Source of the DNA: Orbicella franksi
Taxonomy: Eukaryota
Assembly: GCA_964199315.1 (NCBI GenBank)
Contig: OZ116703.1
Location: 7,750,001 to 7,814,000, forward strand
Direction of reading: 5' to 3'
DNA: 64,000 nucleotides
The position numbers were made by a program, and so were the translations under genes. Under the pieces are notes generated by a model. That model saw only the letters and a program-made list of their open reading frames with translations. It ran no database searches and was not told the DNA's origin. Below, piece by piece: positions 12,290 through 25,800 of this stretch; within the stretch, counting starts at the first letter, position 1, and each line of letters starts with the position of its first letter.

Positions 12290-13470
12290 TAGTCGGCGCG
12301 TCGGGTATGTTATGGACGGGTCAATGGGTGAGTGAGTGAGTGAGTGAGTGAGTGAGAGATGTATGTATGTCACACCAATCAGATTGGATCTTCTATAAAC
12401 AGCCAGTCAAATTTCTTGTTGTAAAGGTAAATGGTATGTGAGAAGATTTGATCCCCATAGAGTTCAGAACGGCCATATTTATTCTTCTATAATTAAAAGA
12501 GGAGCAAGTATCCATATATTGGGTTTACTTCGACATTTTCTGTGGGTTAGGCTGAGGATTTTAGTTAAATGAACGAGATGAGCCTTGAGGTTTGAAACAG
12601 TTCGTGAGTTAGTAGTATGCAAATGCAACGAGATATTTTTATTTTTAGTTACAAAGGTAACTTGATACTTTTGTTTTTCACAAGGAGTAAATTCAATTAG
12701 AGGTCACGAATCGTCGCGTCTAGTTCTTAGGACATGTTTTAGAGGGGACGAGACTTTAGATTTGAAACAGTTCTAATGGTTACAACAGTCAGTGCGGGTA
12801 ACGATTGTTTTGTTCTTGTTGCATGCAAATGTAACGAGACATTTTTGTTTTTTTAGTTACAAAGTGTAATTTGACACTCTTGTTTTTCACAAGGAAGTAA
12901 ATTCAATTAGAGCGGACGAATCGTCACCACTCTTTCCCACGAGATGTTTGCTATCTTTAGTAACAAATGGTAACTTAACACTTTTGTTTTTTAAAAATAT
13001 GGGAGTAAATTCAATTAGAGCTGACAAGTTATCGGCTATTGTTTCCAGGATATTAATCAAAAAAGAAGGTTTTGTTTCTGGACGGTTTTTACATCTCTGC
13101 AGTAGCAGTTTAATAGTTTTATTTGATGACATTCATTTCAGTCCGATATTTTTAAAGGTAAAAAGTATGAAAACTGTTCAAATGTTCTTTGAACACTGCG
13201 TGGCACCAAGTTAAAGTGCATTTAATTAAATCAGATTTTCAACGTGTCAGAGGGTTTTTTTCTCTTTCTTTCTATTTTCGGTGAAGTTGTGTTGTGTTGT
13301 GTTGGGTAAAAAGGTAAACTTACGACTCGTATAAAATGCGAAAAAGTCTCTAAATTAACTTGAGTATTTTTGAGCAAACATTTCTCTTGGGGGTTGGAAG
13401 GGTTATGTGATCGGTGAGCGAGGGAGTTATGCATGTGCGCGTGTCACACCAATGACAGTGCGGGTTGTAT
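12290..13470. mobile_element. Composite non-autonomous element with a (GTGA)n microsatellite and internal ~100-bp subrepeats
   Basis: (GTGA)n at ~12327-12356; unit ...TTTTAGTTACAAAG..GGAGTAAATTCAATTAGAG... occurs three times (~12616, ~12821, ~12955); GTCACACCAAT occurs near both ends. Confidence 0.5.
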
Positions 13471-14407
13471 CAATGAGCGAATCAAATTGCCTGTTAGAAA
13501 ATAAGATGGTATCTACATTAATCTGGAGACGTGTTAGATTACTGCAGTTTGTTCAGTCGAACATTTTATGGCTTACTATTTAGCTATCTTACCATGACCG
13601 ATGTAACATCGCAACCAAAAAAACTTCTCAAATTAACCAAATCATTACTGTACCACGAATGCTTCTATCTCCAACACTTCACACAAAAAAAATAACTCTT
13701 GCACGCCCTGCGTGCCTATGTTTAATCTTACAAACAGTTGGGGTTTTCTCCTAGATCTCAAAGTCTTAAAACCAAATAGGCTATTTCGATATATTAAAAT
13801 TCTAGTTTGGGGTATGAGGCTTGGGGAAACTTAACAAGGGAAATTAATTATTTATACCTTGACCTTGATCCGATTTCATTTATTTTTTAATTCCCCCAAG
13901 CCATGGAGCCAAATTAATTTTGATATATTGAACATGGCCTATGAGTTGTGAATATTCAGTACACATTGAAAACAGTCAGTATTTACATGATTGAATTTTA
14001 TTTCATCGCAACATTAAATATTTGTTGTAAAGTCATGTGTTTATACGTACACCCTTCGTACTTGATATTGTGCAGTGCCTGCTTATTTGACGACAATTAT
14101 TATTAATTTACATAATGTACAGTGAGTCATGCAACTCTACTTTTGTTTGAAAGCATTTTGTCTAATTAATTAGTTTTAAAAGTCACATAAATATATAAAA
14201 ATCCATGAATTAATCACACAACTTAAAGTGCTGAGAGATTCTTATCAGAAGAAAATAAAAATGTACCAGTCTGACATTTCTTGGAAACCTAACTTCCTGC
14301 AAGCTAAGGCTAGAAAGTAAGTAAGTTGATTCCTTCATTCGATTTGCTTCAACAGTGATTTTCCCTAAGAAATTATTGTCTGGATAAACTGGATTCCTGT
14401 AATAATA

Positions 14408-15737
14408 CTAGTGTGGCCTGTTTTCCTTGCTGGCTTGATTGCTGCTTTCATTCTGAAGAGCTTTACCCAGTTGTCGTTGGCTCCTGGAGTAAGAAGTAAG
14501 AATTTCAGTTATTAGATGAGTGAAATGAGAGCTTCTGTCTCGCAAAAAACTGCTGTTAAGTATCATGATGTGGTCTTCACACCCATACAGAGTGAAGGAT
14601 GTCCTTAGTAACAAAGACAGGTGTTGTTGCTTGGTTCTTATATATGCTGAATTTCAGCCTTCTCCTCCTGTCACATACCAGTACCCAGAATCATGTGACA
14701 TGAGGAGACAGCTGAATTCTTAATCAACTCTGTCATAATGTAGACCAATAAAATATTTGGAAAGAAATGCAAAATTGGTACTTGTAATCTGACCGGTCAA
14801 GGCCAGATGTTATTGTTTTCAGTAGCAAAATCAGCAATTAACATACATTTTCATAGGGACATTCAGTTTTTTATCTGCACCCTCCCCCCCCCCCCCCTCT
14901 CCTATGGAAAGCAGATTCTGACAGCCTAGTTTTTTGTTGTCATCACCCTTGAAATTTGTATTCAGGGGGTTAAAAATTTTATCGGCTTCTTTGAAAATAT
15001 TTTTTCAAGAGGCCCTGTGCCAGAGGGTGCCCTCCGACTGTTGGGGGTAGGGGGGTGGTGGTGCGGATAAAGACGGAATGTCCCATTACAAGAACGGCGG
15101 TATAGTTATAGTACACGATCCACTTTATACATCGTTGAATATGGAAAGGGGTCATAAATATATGTAAGTTTAATTGAGTTTATAATAATCGATATGGTGA
15201 ATAGCCAATGTTGAAAAGGGAAGGCGAAGTAGGCGAAGGGGTGATAAATTCATCTACTAGATATATTTTATGACAAATGCATACATAATCTAGAAAATTT
15301 GAAACTGAAGTACAATTGAATTTAAGCTAAGATTAAGCTTTACTAATTTATACTTATTTGTACGTACAGTGCGATTAAGTTGGGATGGTGCAGTCCCCTT
15401 TTTGACGCCAGCTTTCGAGTGCAAGGCGAAAAGAAGTTGTCTGTTGGACTCATAAAAGAAGGATTTTTTCTGCAAATAAAAAGAAAGAAAATTACATAAA
15501 TATAAAGAAAGATTGCGCTGATTGACTAAGTTTCTGTGAAGAGTTAAGTTAAGCTTTCTCTGCTCTCCGGCCGGGTTTGAAATTTTTTGGGTTATGCGAC
15601 CGTTGGACTTACAGCTTAGCTTACCTATGGAATGACGAATTTGGCGGCTGTGCACGCTGCAATTGTTGATCCATCTTCGACTTTCTGTCCTCCACTGTTT
15701 GCGAATTAGTGTTTCTAAAAACCTGAGAATCTTCCAT
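14408..15737 (-). CDS. Hypothetical small spliced protein (~62 aa) divergent from ZDHHC17
   Basis: Exon 15625-15737 (AACAAA-ATGG start, AG|GTAAGC donor) joins in phase to exon 14408-14483 (acceptor CTTACTTCTTACTCCAG): MEDSQVFRNTNSQTVEDRKSKMDQQLQRAQPPNSSFHRSQRQLGKALQNESSNQASKENRPH. AT-rich downstream region with minus-strand AATAAA near 14000. No recognised homology. Confidence 0.35.
14858..15084. mobile_element. MITE with C/G-rich subterminal tracts
   Basis: GGGACATTCAGTTTTTTATCTGCACC ... GGTGCGGATAAAGACGGAATGTCCC inverted ends. Confidence 0.65.
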
Positions 15738-15897
15738 TTTGTTTGAAGACTGGAAATCTATAATGTACGTCCAACAAACAAATGCAAGTCTGAAATGGAA
15801 CGTTTTCAACTTGAGCTTGACTTCTTTGAAAACAACCGCTATTTTCCATATTTGGTGAACAATGCCATATTTGGAAAGGGCAGGTTTGGCAAACAAA

Positions 15898-18800
15898 ATG
15901 GCGGACGTGTTCGATGGAGTGCAAGCGAGCTTTGATAAAACAGAGATGAAGGTACTGTGATCGGCTTTCCTTTTCGAAAGTAAACGAAGATTGTCATATA
16001 GAAACTTTTAAATAAGCAGTGGTATCATGGGAATATCTTAGTTTTCGATTTTGTCAACGAATCATTAAGTCGACATCTGGTACGGTACGTAGTTTGCCAG
16101 CTGCATGCAGCGTGCCAAATTAAAGCGAAATCTTAATTTCCTCTGCCGTGAAATAAAGGCAGGTAGTGATTACTCGGAAGCTTACAGGGTTCTGTTAATT
16201 TACAGTCCATGTACAATTGAATTTATGATAATTGCTGCGTGAAACACGATGGAACCTTTAAATAGCTTAATTTGTTTTGGGATCGGAGGCTTAAGCTTAA
16301 CTTCAAACTTGAAGTTTAATTAACTTAAGTTAAGTTTGAGCTCATAGGCTATAAAGCTTTTAATGTGGAGTCTGCGAATAACATTTTCGTAGAAGACATG
16401 TAAGGCAATACTTGTTTGTCGTAATATAAATATGCTCGAGGTTTTTGAAAATAGCATTCTGCATAGGATTAGACTTAGTAAGCTTAAGCAAATATATGAT
16501 AAAACTTCTTGACATTTAATTTAGACGTCTGTTTGAGGTGATGGTTCTCTCTTTATTATCTGTCTGTGCAACAAATTAGCTTTGATTCCTTGTTTAACTC
16601 CCTGTTTCGAATAAATACAACACATCAGAGGAAATCATGCAAAGGAGTAAGGACGGCATTCTGTATCTCCAACTCCCTTCTCAAAAATCCGGTATCCGCC
16701 CCAAAAACCCTCAGTGAAACCCCCTGTCACTCCATTGGAAAGCAATTGAATTTGTAATTTATATTTTTAACTATTATCTGTTCTGTTAGGGTTCTGCTAT
16801 GGAAAGTAAACCATATCCAACACAACCAGAAAACCCATATGGCCAGTACAGTCCCACATACCACCAGCCGGATTACAGTCAGTTTGACCTGGTCAGGGCC
16901 ACACAGTATGGCATCTTTGATAGGTGTCTTGAACTGGTTGACAAAGAGGGTGTGGATGTAAACACACTAGACAAAGAAAATGTCTCTGCATTACACTGGG
17001 CAGCAATCAACAATAGAATACGAATTGCTGAGTAAGTACTGTTGTCTTTGTTAATAACTACAATTAAAGTACAAGATAAGATGTAATGTTAATCTGAAAG
17101 TAACATATAAGGTTGTTTTTTAAGAGGGCATTTAAGCTTAATCTTAAATTACTTGACACTCTCGACTGTTCTTTATAGTAATAAATCTGTATTTATTTCC
17201 TTTATTAGGTATTTTGTTTCAAAGGGAGCTGTTGTGGACCAGAAAGGTGGTATTTTAAATGCAACACCACTTCACTGGGCTGTAAGGTGAGAAGTTGGTG
17301 TAATTGTAAATTTTGTTGCTATATGAAGAGAGGAATGAACAAGGAGAGAGAACATCTCTGATTCAAGACGTGGAGGGAGGCAGAGGTGGCGGCAAAGGAC
17401 CAAGTTGCTTAAAGGAGATGGATTGATGGTCCCATTCTCCACAAGGAGAGATGGGAACGTTAGATGATAACGAAAGAGAGGAGTGAACAGTAACGTTTAA
17501 AATTCAGCGTGAGAATTGTACCCTAGGAAAATATTTGCTCCAGGTTTTGACAGAATGGATCAAGCAAAGCAATGTCTGTCTGAAATTGACAGATGGTCAA
17601 TATTGCCCCATTGTGTTCCTGAGCCAGCTGCACTGGTAAAAGATTTAAAACATGAATTTGTGCTTTAATAAAAGACTGTACATGTAGAAACTTTTCTGGT
17701 CTAACACTAATAGAAAATAGTGAACCAGAATAAAGCATTCTGATTACCTGCATAAACTGAAAAAATGTCCAGGAGCTTTTAGTTTGTGACCGAAACCAAC
17801 AAAGTCGCCATTGATTGAAATAAGGTAAATACAAGTCAAGAATTATATTCTGTATATGTTGACTTTTTTTAGGCAAGGCCACCTTGAAATGATTGTTTTT
17901 CTTATGAAACATGGAGCAGACCCATCATCACTTGACATTGAAGGTACTGTTAGGAGTTCAACAAGCCCTTAGAAATTTATCATATTTTAAGTGCATCAAG
18001 GAAGAGAAATAATTGGAGAGTTTTATAGTACTGTTATGGAAACTGAGATTTTAAAAATTTGCAATATGCAAGCCTGCAAATAACAGTCGGTCATCGGACA
18101 ATTGTCCGGTAAATTTGAGGTTTTGACAGGTAAAAGCTTAGTCTGGTCAGACAGTCTGACCGGGCTTTTCTGCTAAATGAAAAATATTTTAACTGGAAAT
18201 TTGTGACTGAATATGAAGCAAGTTATTTTATTATATTGCCACACAATACTACGGAAAAAAGCTTTGTTATCACAGTTTTGTTTTTATTCCATTTCTGAAA
18301 AATAACTCTATCGCGTGCAGTGCATCGTCTCAAATGTCACATCGAATTGTAAACACGCCACATCAGCACTACCATTCAAGCTTCGTGTTTAAGCAATTCA
18401 AATTTGCAACCAACATTTTGGCGAAGGGTCTACACTGACATACCAAAATGTCTCAAATGTCGCTTATTTTTAATTTCTAACAACAGAAAAAAAATTGTCC
18501 GACCAGACTGGCTTTTTGTCAGGTCAAAACTTGTCTTTGGCCTGACAAATGACCTGCTTATAGACAAAAATTATTTGCAGGCTTGATATGATAACCAGTG
18601 GACTGGTTCAGGTTTTTATCACGAGACTGATGTGGATAGATATCAGTCATGACCCATCAGGCCCTCAAGGTGTCCAAAGGGTGGAACCACTGTCTGTCAG
18701 ATACATCACTGTCAAGTGGATGGACAGCTAACAAAACAAACTCAGCTAATGCGTACAATTTATACCTGGGCCTACATGCAGTGGCTAAAAGCATGGATAA

Positions 18801-21800
18801 TGCTGTCAATCCGAAAGATCACTATCCATTGGATAGCATGGTTTATTTTGTCGAAACTCATTGATTGGTGGATAGCAGTTTATCTGGGAGATAGCATCAT
18901 CCACCCTTTGAACAACAGAGCCCTAGTGGACAGCACAGTACTCACATCACTGTAGGTGTGATTCTTCACTCAGTGTCACTGTGTTGTGTTCTCAGGAAAG
19001 ACACTTTATTATCACAGTGCTTCTGTGAGTCTTTCCTCATAGGTAAACTGTTTAAATGGACATGGGTGATTTGTTAGGTAGCTTAAAGAGGTAGTAAGTC
19101 TGTGTTACAGCTTGGTGGCCCAAGATACTGGCACTTATCTCTGGTTTAAGTAGCATTGAATCACTAGGGGTATTTCTACATACAAGTACAGTGTACACAT
19201 GTACTTCCCCTCCTCTGGAAGAGGTGACCCTCAATGAACTAATTCTGTGACTATTAATAAAAGTGGTTTTGGTGTTATAGAAACTGAAGTTACCAACTTG
19301 GATTGAAACAACTGAGCTGCTGAGATTTTAGGGTTACAAGGGGAATTATCAAATGAATGTGTTTTTGTAGAACACAACACTTTTTTGTTTTTAATTAAGG
19401 TTGCAGTTGTTTACATGTTGCTGTACAACACAGTCAGATGGGAGCTGTTGCATATTTAATTTCTAAAGGAATGGTATGCCATGTGCCATTTTTATAAAGT
19501 ACTGTCAGTAATCTACCTATATATTGTTGTTTTTGCAATTGTAATTATGAAAAATTTAATTAAATTCAACTACTGAAAGTAAACAAGACAGTTGTAACAC
19601 TCTTTGAACAAAGTGTGCTACAAACTCAAACATGGTGTCACATGACATCTCATCACGTCACATCACAGTTCAGGGCATTGCATATTTGGATAGTTAAGAA
19701 GAAGAAAAAATTAAAGGGATTACAGGGCAAAAATCATTTTAAATTCCAGATGAATATGCTAGGTAATTTACTAAACAATTTTGTTGTGGAAATTATTTAT
19801 ACAGAACATGTTTATAAATTATGTACCCTATGAAGGTGCTTAAAACATCCAGGCAAGACATTATTGATGAAAGAAATTACCTTCTTGTTCGATTAATAGG
19901 ATGTTGACCAGCTTGATAGAAATGGAATGTCTCCTCTAATGTGGGCAGCTTACAGATGTTTTGGGTGAGTGAAGATTGAAGTAATAAAAGCAAATTGGCA
20001 CAGTGGTCCAGATCAGTGGGGGGGGTCTCAGGTCAAAAACCCTATAAGGTCAGCTACATGTGATTAAACTCATTGCCAATGGTACCTTAGGAATGGCCAA
20101 GCCGAGATATGAGTCTCGAGCAGAGCATCCACGGCAACCCTGAGAGAGGCAACCACCAGGTACCATCATACTGACAGAGTCAGTGGAGATACTTACCACC
20201 CCATATAAACTTTGCCTAAATTACATCTAGCCACATTAAAAATGCATCGGCAATTGATGAACTTGGGAAAGGTGCCTGAGAGATGGTGGAGCCAAGATAT
20301 GTAGAAAATTTCTAATGATTTTGTGAGTGCAGTGGGACTTGACCCAAATAAATTGTTAGCACCCAAACTTGAAAAATTATTATGTGGAACCCTGGCTCAT
20401 TGAAGGCAATAAGGTGGAAAATTCATAAGCTTTTTAGGAAATCTGTCATCAGAGTTTAGCTATTCCCTCTGATAAAGGGACATGGAGGCCTAAAAATGTC
20501 TGGACTTCAATGGTATAAGTGCCGAAATAACACTCAATTTTGAACTGATGACTTCATTACAATAATTGGCGCTATACAATGTCTAACCATGTTATAAAAT
20601 TCATTAATTGCACAGTGCATGTTCCATTTCAAACTTTGAACATTTATCATTTTCACTGTTAATCAAATGGCTCACATATGGCCTACGTGTAGTATATAGC
20701 ACATTTAAAAAAAACTCTTCAACATTGCTGTTTTTGTTGAACATATTTTACCATGGTTCCACATTTACCAGAGATTGGATGTAACAAGCATGAAGGCTTA
20801 GACTAAACTTTTTTTGCAGTAACTTAAGCATAAGATTATGTTTGGTGTTCTTTTAGATTGGAACTTACAAGAATGCTCTTAACAATGAATGCATCAGTGC
20901 CATTGGCAGACAAATTTCATAAAAACACAGGTAAAATACAACATTTTCACCTTTTAGATAGTTTGATGAGTATGTGATGCCTCCTTACATGCACAATATC
21001 AAAGCTAAGGTGCCAAGGAAACGGATGTAAATATGAAATGAAGCAAAGTTTTCCGCCAGTTCAATGGTGATATTGGAACAAATTTTTGGAAGCAATTGAC
21101 CAGGGCTGAATACAGATTTGTGTCTTAAAAGTGCAATTAAGTTTAAAGGTCATAACAATTAGCAGGGCTGTCATAAGCTTTGATTCACCCGTAGCCTTGA
21201 TCTTCACACCCGTAACAAACTTGTTTCTTTCTGGGTGAATTGTAAATTGCCACCATGTCACCTGCAGGCAAGGAACTGAGGAAGAAGAAAAACTTTATTG
21301 TGTCCACTACAGGCAAGATCACCTGTAACATCAAGGGCCCATCAAACATACCCAGCCGTAGTGGGTGCTATGGGTTACAGCCCTTATTGACAGCACTTAT
21401 TATTAAGGAGAATTGATATGTTAATTTTTGTAAAAATGTGACTCAATTGTCACTGATGGACCTTTTTTTGAACAGCTTTGCATTGGGCAGTGATGTCAAA
21501 TAACCACAATGTCATAAGAATTCTTCTGAAAGCTGGTGCTAGTATGGATGCATTGAATGCTGAGGTACAGGAAATATTACAATTATACAAATTTTATTAA
21601 CACTCCCCAATGGGGCTTTTCATTGTTAATTAACTAAAATTACAATAATATCATAAAATGTAATGATCAGTTGATGGAATAATTGTTACTTATTACCCTG
21701 ATGATATCCCTCAACAGGGCCAGTCTGCATATGACTTAGCAACACAAAAGAAAAGCAAATGGATAGTGGTGCAAATGGATTTGTTAGCAAGAGATAAGGG

Positions 21801-22773
21801 AGAAGGAAAACCAGCATTTTTACAATCCTTGACAAAGGACAAGGTGGGCTGGCAAATAGAACTGACTTTTTGATGACAGTCTAGATTTTTCAATTACAAT
21901 CATAAATTGACATTTCTTTATTAATTTGTTAATTAAAACAAAATCAGTGTATTATAATCAACCTTTAAATGTTGTGGCTGGTAAATATTATTCTTTAATA
22001 CACCTGCCTGTCTTTGGCATGCTATTTTAGCTAGCCCAATGATGCACATCAAGAAGATATTAATTAGTATAAGCCTAGAAAGAAATTTTTAACTAAAGAA
22101 CAGAATCAAATGCAGAGCTTGTGCCTTCAAACTGTCTCACGGCCCTAGCAGTGGCAGATGATGTCAAGTATTGCATACTGCATGACTGTTTGTTTGATGT
22201 TCTGAGGCTACATAGTACTGTAAAAGGATCTCACTTGGGAGATCTTGAGAGAAGCATTTGTGTTGTGATGCCTCAAGCAGTCAAGAGCTAACTGTATCTA
22301 CTGGCTTATATATTTTATAATATAACAAGGTACAACATCATAGCTAACCTAACTTATTTCTGACTTTTCTAGACTGTTCTGCGTTATGTTCAGATTGGTC
22401 TGCCGTTCTTTGTGATATTTGCAATTGGTGCAATTTTAGAGTATTCAGCTTCGTCGCTCATGTCTCTTCCTCTCATGGTTGCTGTAGGAATAATAGCATA
22501 CTATACAATGCAGTAAGTTCTAATACAACTGTTAGAAGTAATTTTTGGTTTTTACCTCATCAGACATTCTATCCACAGTAATGAGAGTATTTTTTGAGGT
22601 GCAGGAATGATTCCTGCTAGGAGCAGTTTTAGCTGGACATAATATATCAAACGCAAGAGACTGTTTCATCGAGATATCCAAACACCCAGAAGAGAGTTGA
22701 AAATACAATGCTCAGTGGATTATTTTGACGAAATTCGAGGTCTTTTGATAGCCGATGAAACACTGTCTCGAGT

Positions 22774-22804
<31 letters not shown>

Positions 22805-25800
22805 TCCAATTTCAGCAATTGGAAAGAAGAAGCCTGAAAAAAATCAGGGCTTCAACGGGATTTGAACCTGTGACCTCCGCAAAATACCGGTGCAATGCTC
22901 TACCGACTGAGCTATGAAGCCACACATTGGGAGCGAGGTCAATTAATTGAGTTCATATCTACCTGTGAGGTGTGAAATGATGTGGAGTATATATGAAAGT
23001 TCAAATATGAATTATTTCATATATACTCCACATCACTGTCTCAAGTGCTTGATATATCTTCTCAATCGACACAAAAACCAAGGAATAAATGGAGATGTGA
23101 ATCATCAATTGAAACCCTTTGCTGATTAAGACCAGGTATCCAAACCTCCTTCACGGTTGTGATTTTCTTTGTTTTAACTTGACGAATTATTAATGAGTCT
23201 GAGAAAGTATAGTGAATGACTCTTGTATTAAGCAGACACCCACTGGATAAAGTGTACCCTTTGGAGAGGTCCATGCTGGCAGGGGATTAAAAATGCCATG
23301 TCTTGTTTGGCTGTGGTTAAGACTTTGACTTAGTGTCCAATTCCAGAAGCTCAATTATACAAGATTCAACAGAAAAGAATTTATAAATAGACCTGATAAA
23401 AAACTCTGGGATGCAAATGGGATCTGAGCTCAGAACCTCCAGATAGCCATTGTAATGTGAAGCAAATTCTCTCCAGAGCAAGTCACCAAATTGAACACCT
23501 TTTTTTGCTCCAGGTAGAGTGGAAAGAACTGTGGGGTACATGCTTTAAATTGAGGGGAGAGCAGTTATTATACCCAGCCTTTAACTAACAGTTTGATTGC
23601 TATTGTTTACTCACAGATGGTTCACATTAATCTTTTCTGCGGGTAGTGTTGTCGTGTTCGGCTGGACACTTGCTACCAAAGCTTATCTTTACTACAACAT
23701 TCTTACAGTTTATTTGAATTATATCCTTTCCAAAGTTGTTTTGTCAAGTAAAAGAATCAGCATTGCTAAAATGATTAAAGAAGTCTGTTTATTATCATTT
23801 TTTTTTCACATTTTTATTTCCATTCAATGGCTTACATCAATTTCTGAAAGAAAAAATAGGTTAAAAATTAATAAAATGGCTATTAAGTTTACATCAGTAG
23901 CTTAAGTTACTACAAGTGACAAAAAAGAAAGCTACGCAGGAAAAAAGACAACAAGAACAAAGGACACACAAAAAAAATAAATGGATGACTAACTTTGTGA
24001 TTACAAAGAGCAAATTAATCTAAATTATTTCTTTGGTTACTTAGGTATTTAATCTATCTACATATTGATTTGATTTCCGGCCAGGGCTAAATATCCATTT
24101 TTTTTTTTCAAAATAATCCTTCTTATTAATTTTGTCTTACGTTCAGTTAAAGAAGTCTGTTTGGTTTGTGACAAAATTGACACTTAGACAACCTAAAAAC
24201 TCATACTAAACTGCAATACATACATATGCATACGTACATACATACTTTATTTGTCCCCAATATGGGGAACTAACTCATAACATGCTAACACTTAAAACCA
24301 ACCAAACTGCTAACTATAAATTGACCACCATGACATCAAGCCAAAGGCATTGAAAGTTTGCTAATTCTTACTTATGTATTATGAACCAACCATTAACTTT
24401 GCATCGTTTGACTTAAAAAAAACTTAGTATATATTATTAATTTAAGAAGTACTTGTACAGTAGAAAACATTATATGAGTACGACTGTCATGGTTTGGTTA
24501 AATGCGCCTATCCTGTTTGCATTACACCACCACCCTTCTTCCTACCCTTAGTTCAATATTAAATATACAGTACACATCACATGTATAATGGTTGAAATAC
24601 ATGTAGACAGTTTAAATAACCACCTTTTCTGTTTGCAGAATTTTTAAAGGGGCTCGTTTCTCAAGCCTTATACCCCTGGGTGTCTATTTAGCTACTAAAG
24701 TCTACAAGTATACAACCTGGTTTCTTTTTTTCTGGCCCTATATCCTTTTATGTTATGAGTCTATGTCTAGCAGTCATTTAAGTCGAAAAAAGAACGCTTT
24801 TTGTAGCCGAGTTTTTCATTTAATGTTGAACTATGGCTTCTGTAAGGTTGAGTCTCTGCTGGGCCAAGTGGCTCATACAGCCAGAGCATATCCTGTTTTC
24901 TGTAGGACTAAGCCACTAGGAGTATTTCTACTCCCCCTGTCCTGGGTGGGATGCTAGTCCACCACATGATTACACCCCACCTTAGTATTAAATTCACCAG
25001 TACTCATTTGTTCACCAGAGTGGAGAGAGGCACTGTGAAATTAGATGCTAGTCCATCATGTGATTACCCCCCCCCCCCCAGTATTAAATTCACCAGCACC
25101 CATTTATACATAGTCTAACACGTGATTACCCCCCAGTATTAAGGATGTTTGCATGAAACTTTTCCTGGCAAAAGATTTTTAAAAATTTTTTACTGCAGTC
25201 AGATAATGAGTTACTTGTGTCAGAAATGCAAAAAGAATTGGGGGTCACCGACTTTGTTTCAGCGATAAAGCGTGTGGAAAACTACCATTATTTTGAAGAA
25301 TTGGCTCACGTGATTCAGCATGATCAGCAATTCAGCAGGGGTTTATAGTTAAAAATATCGAAGGTGAGTCAACAGAGGCAAACGATCTTTGTCGTATTTT
25401 GTTGAAGTGGGTCTCTTGCGTAAATAATTCCAAAGGTTGCCAATGTTTTCACAAAATTTAACCCTCCATGAGGCATTTGGGACCACCATACAGATAAACA
25501 AAGACCTTAAAAGAAAGGAATTTGATGGTGCATTTTGCAAAATGTTCAAACTTCTTATCAATAGATTTTCTTCATTTTTTCACTAAACATAAAAATTTTG
25601 GTCGAGGAAATGATCCATCAAAAGAAAAGTAGGGGTCACCAAATGTGTGAGATCATAAAATCCAGGCAAAGCTATAGCAATGGCCATCTACCTTGTCATT
25701 GTTCATTTAATTACTTAGTGTGCGCATTGATGCATGATGTGGTGTGTGAATTTGCATGCACAGAAAAGGATGTGCAGAAACAATGAGTGTGAACATCCTT

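Noticed and set aside
15290-15655. 121-aa minus-strand ORF
   Set aside because: GTG start, runs through a strong splice donor into AT-rich sequence, no recognisable motifs.
19474-19482. GTATGCC donor as a second U12 intron
   Set aside because: It does not match GTATCCTT and there is no U12 branch site before the 19899 acceptor.
22840-22920. tRNA gene (also at 30060-30115 and 30615-30670)
   Set aside because: Each is embedded in a repeat body with a degenerate cloverleaf; they are SINE or repeat heads.
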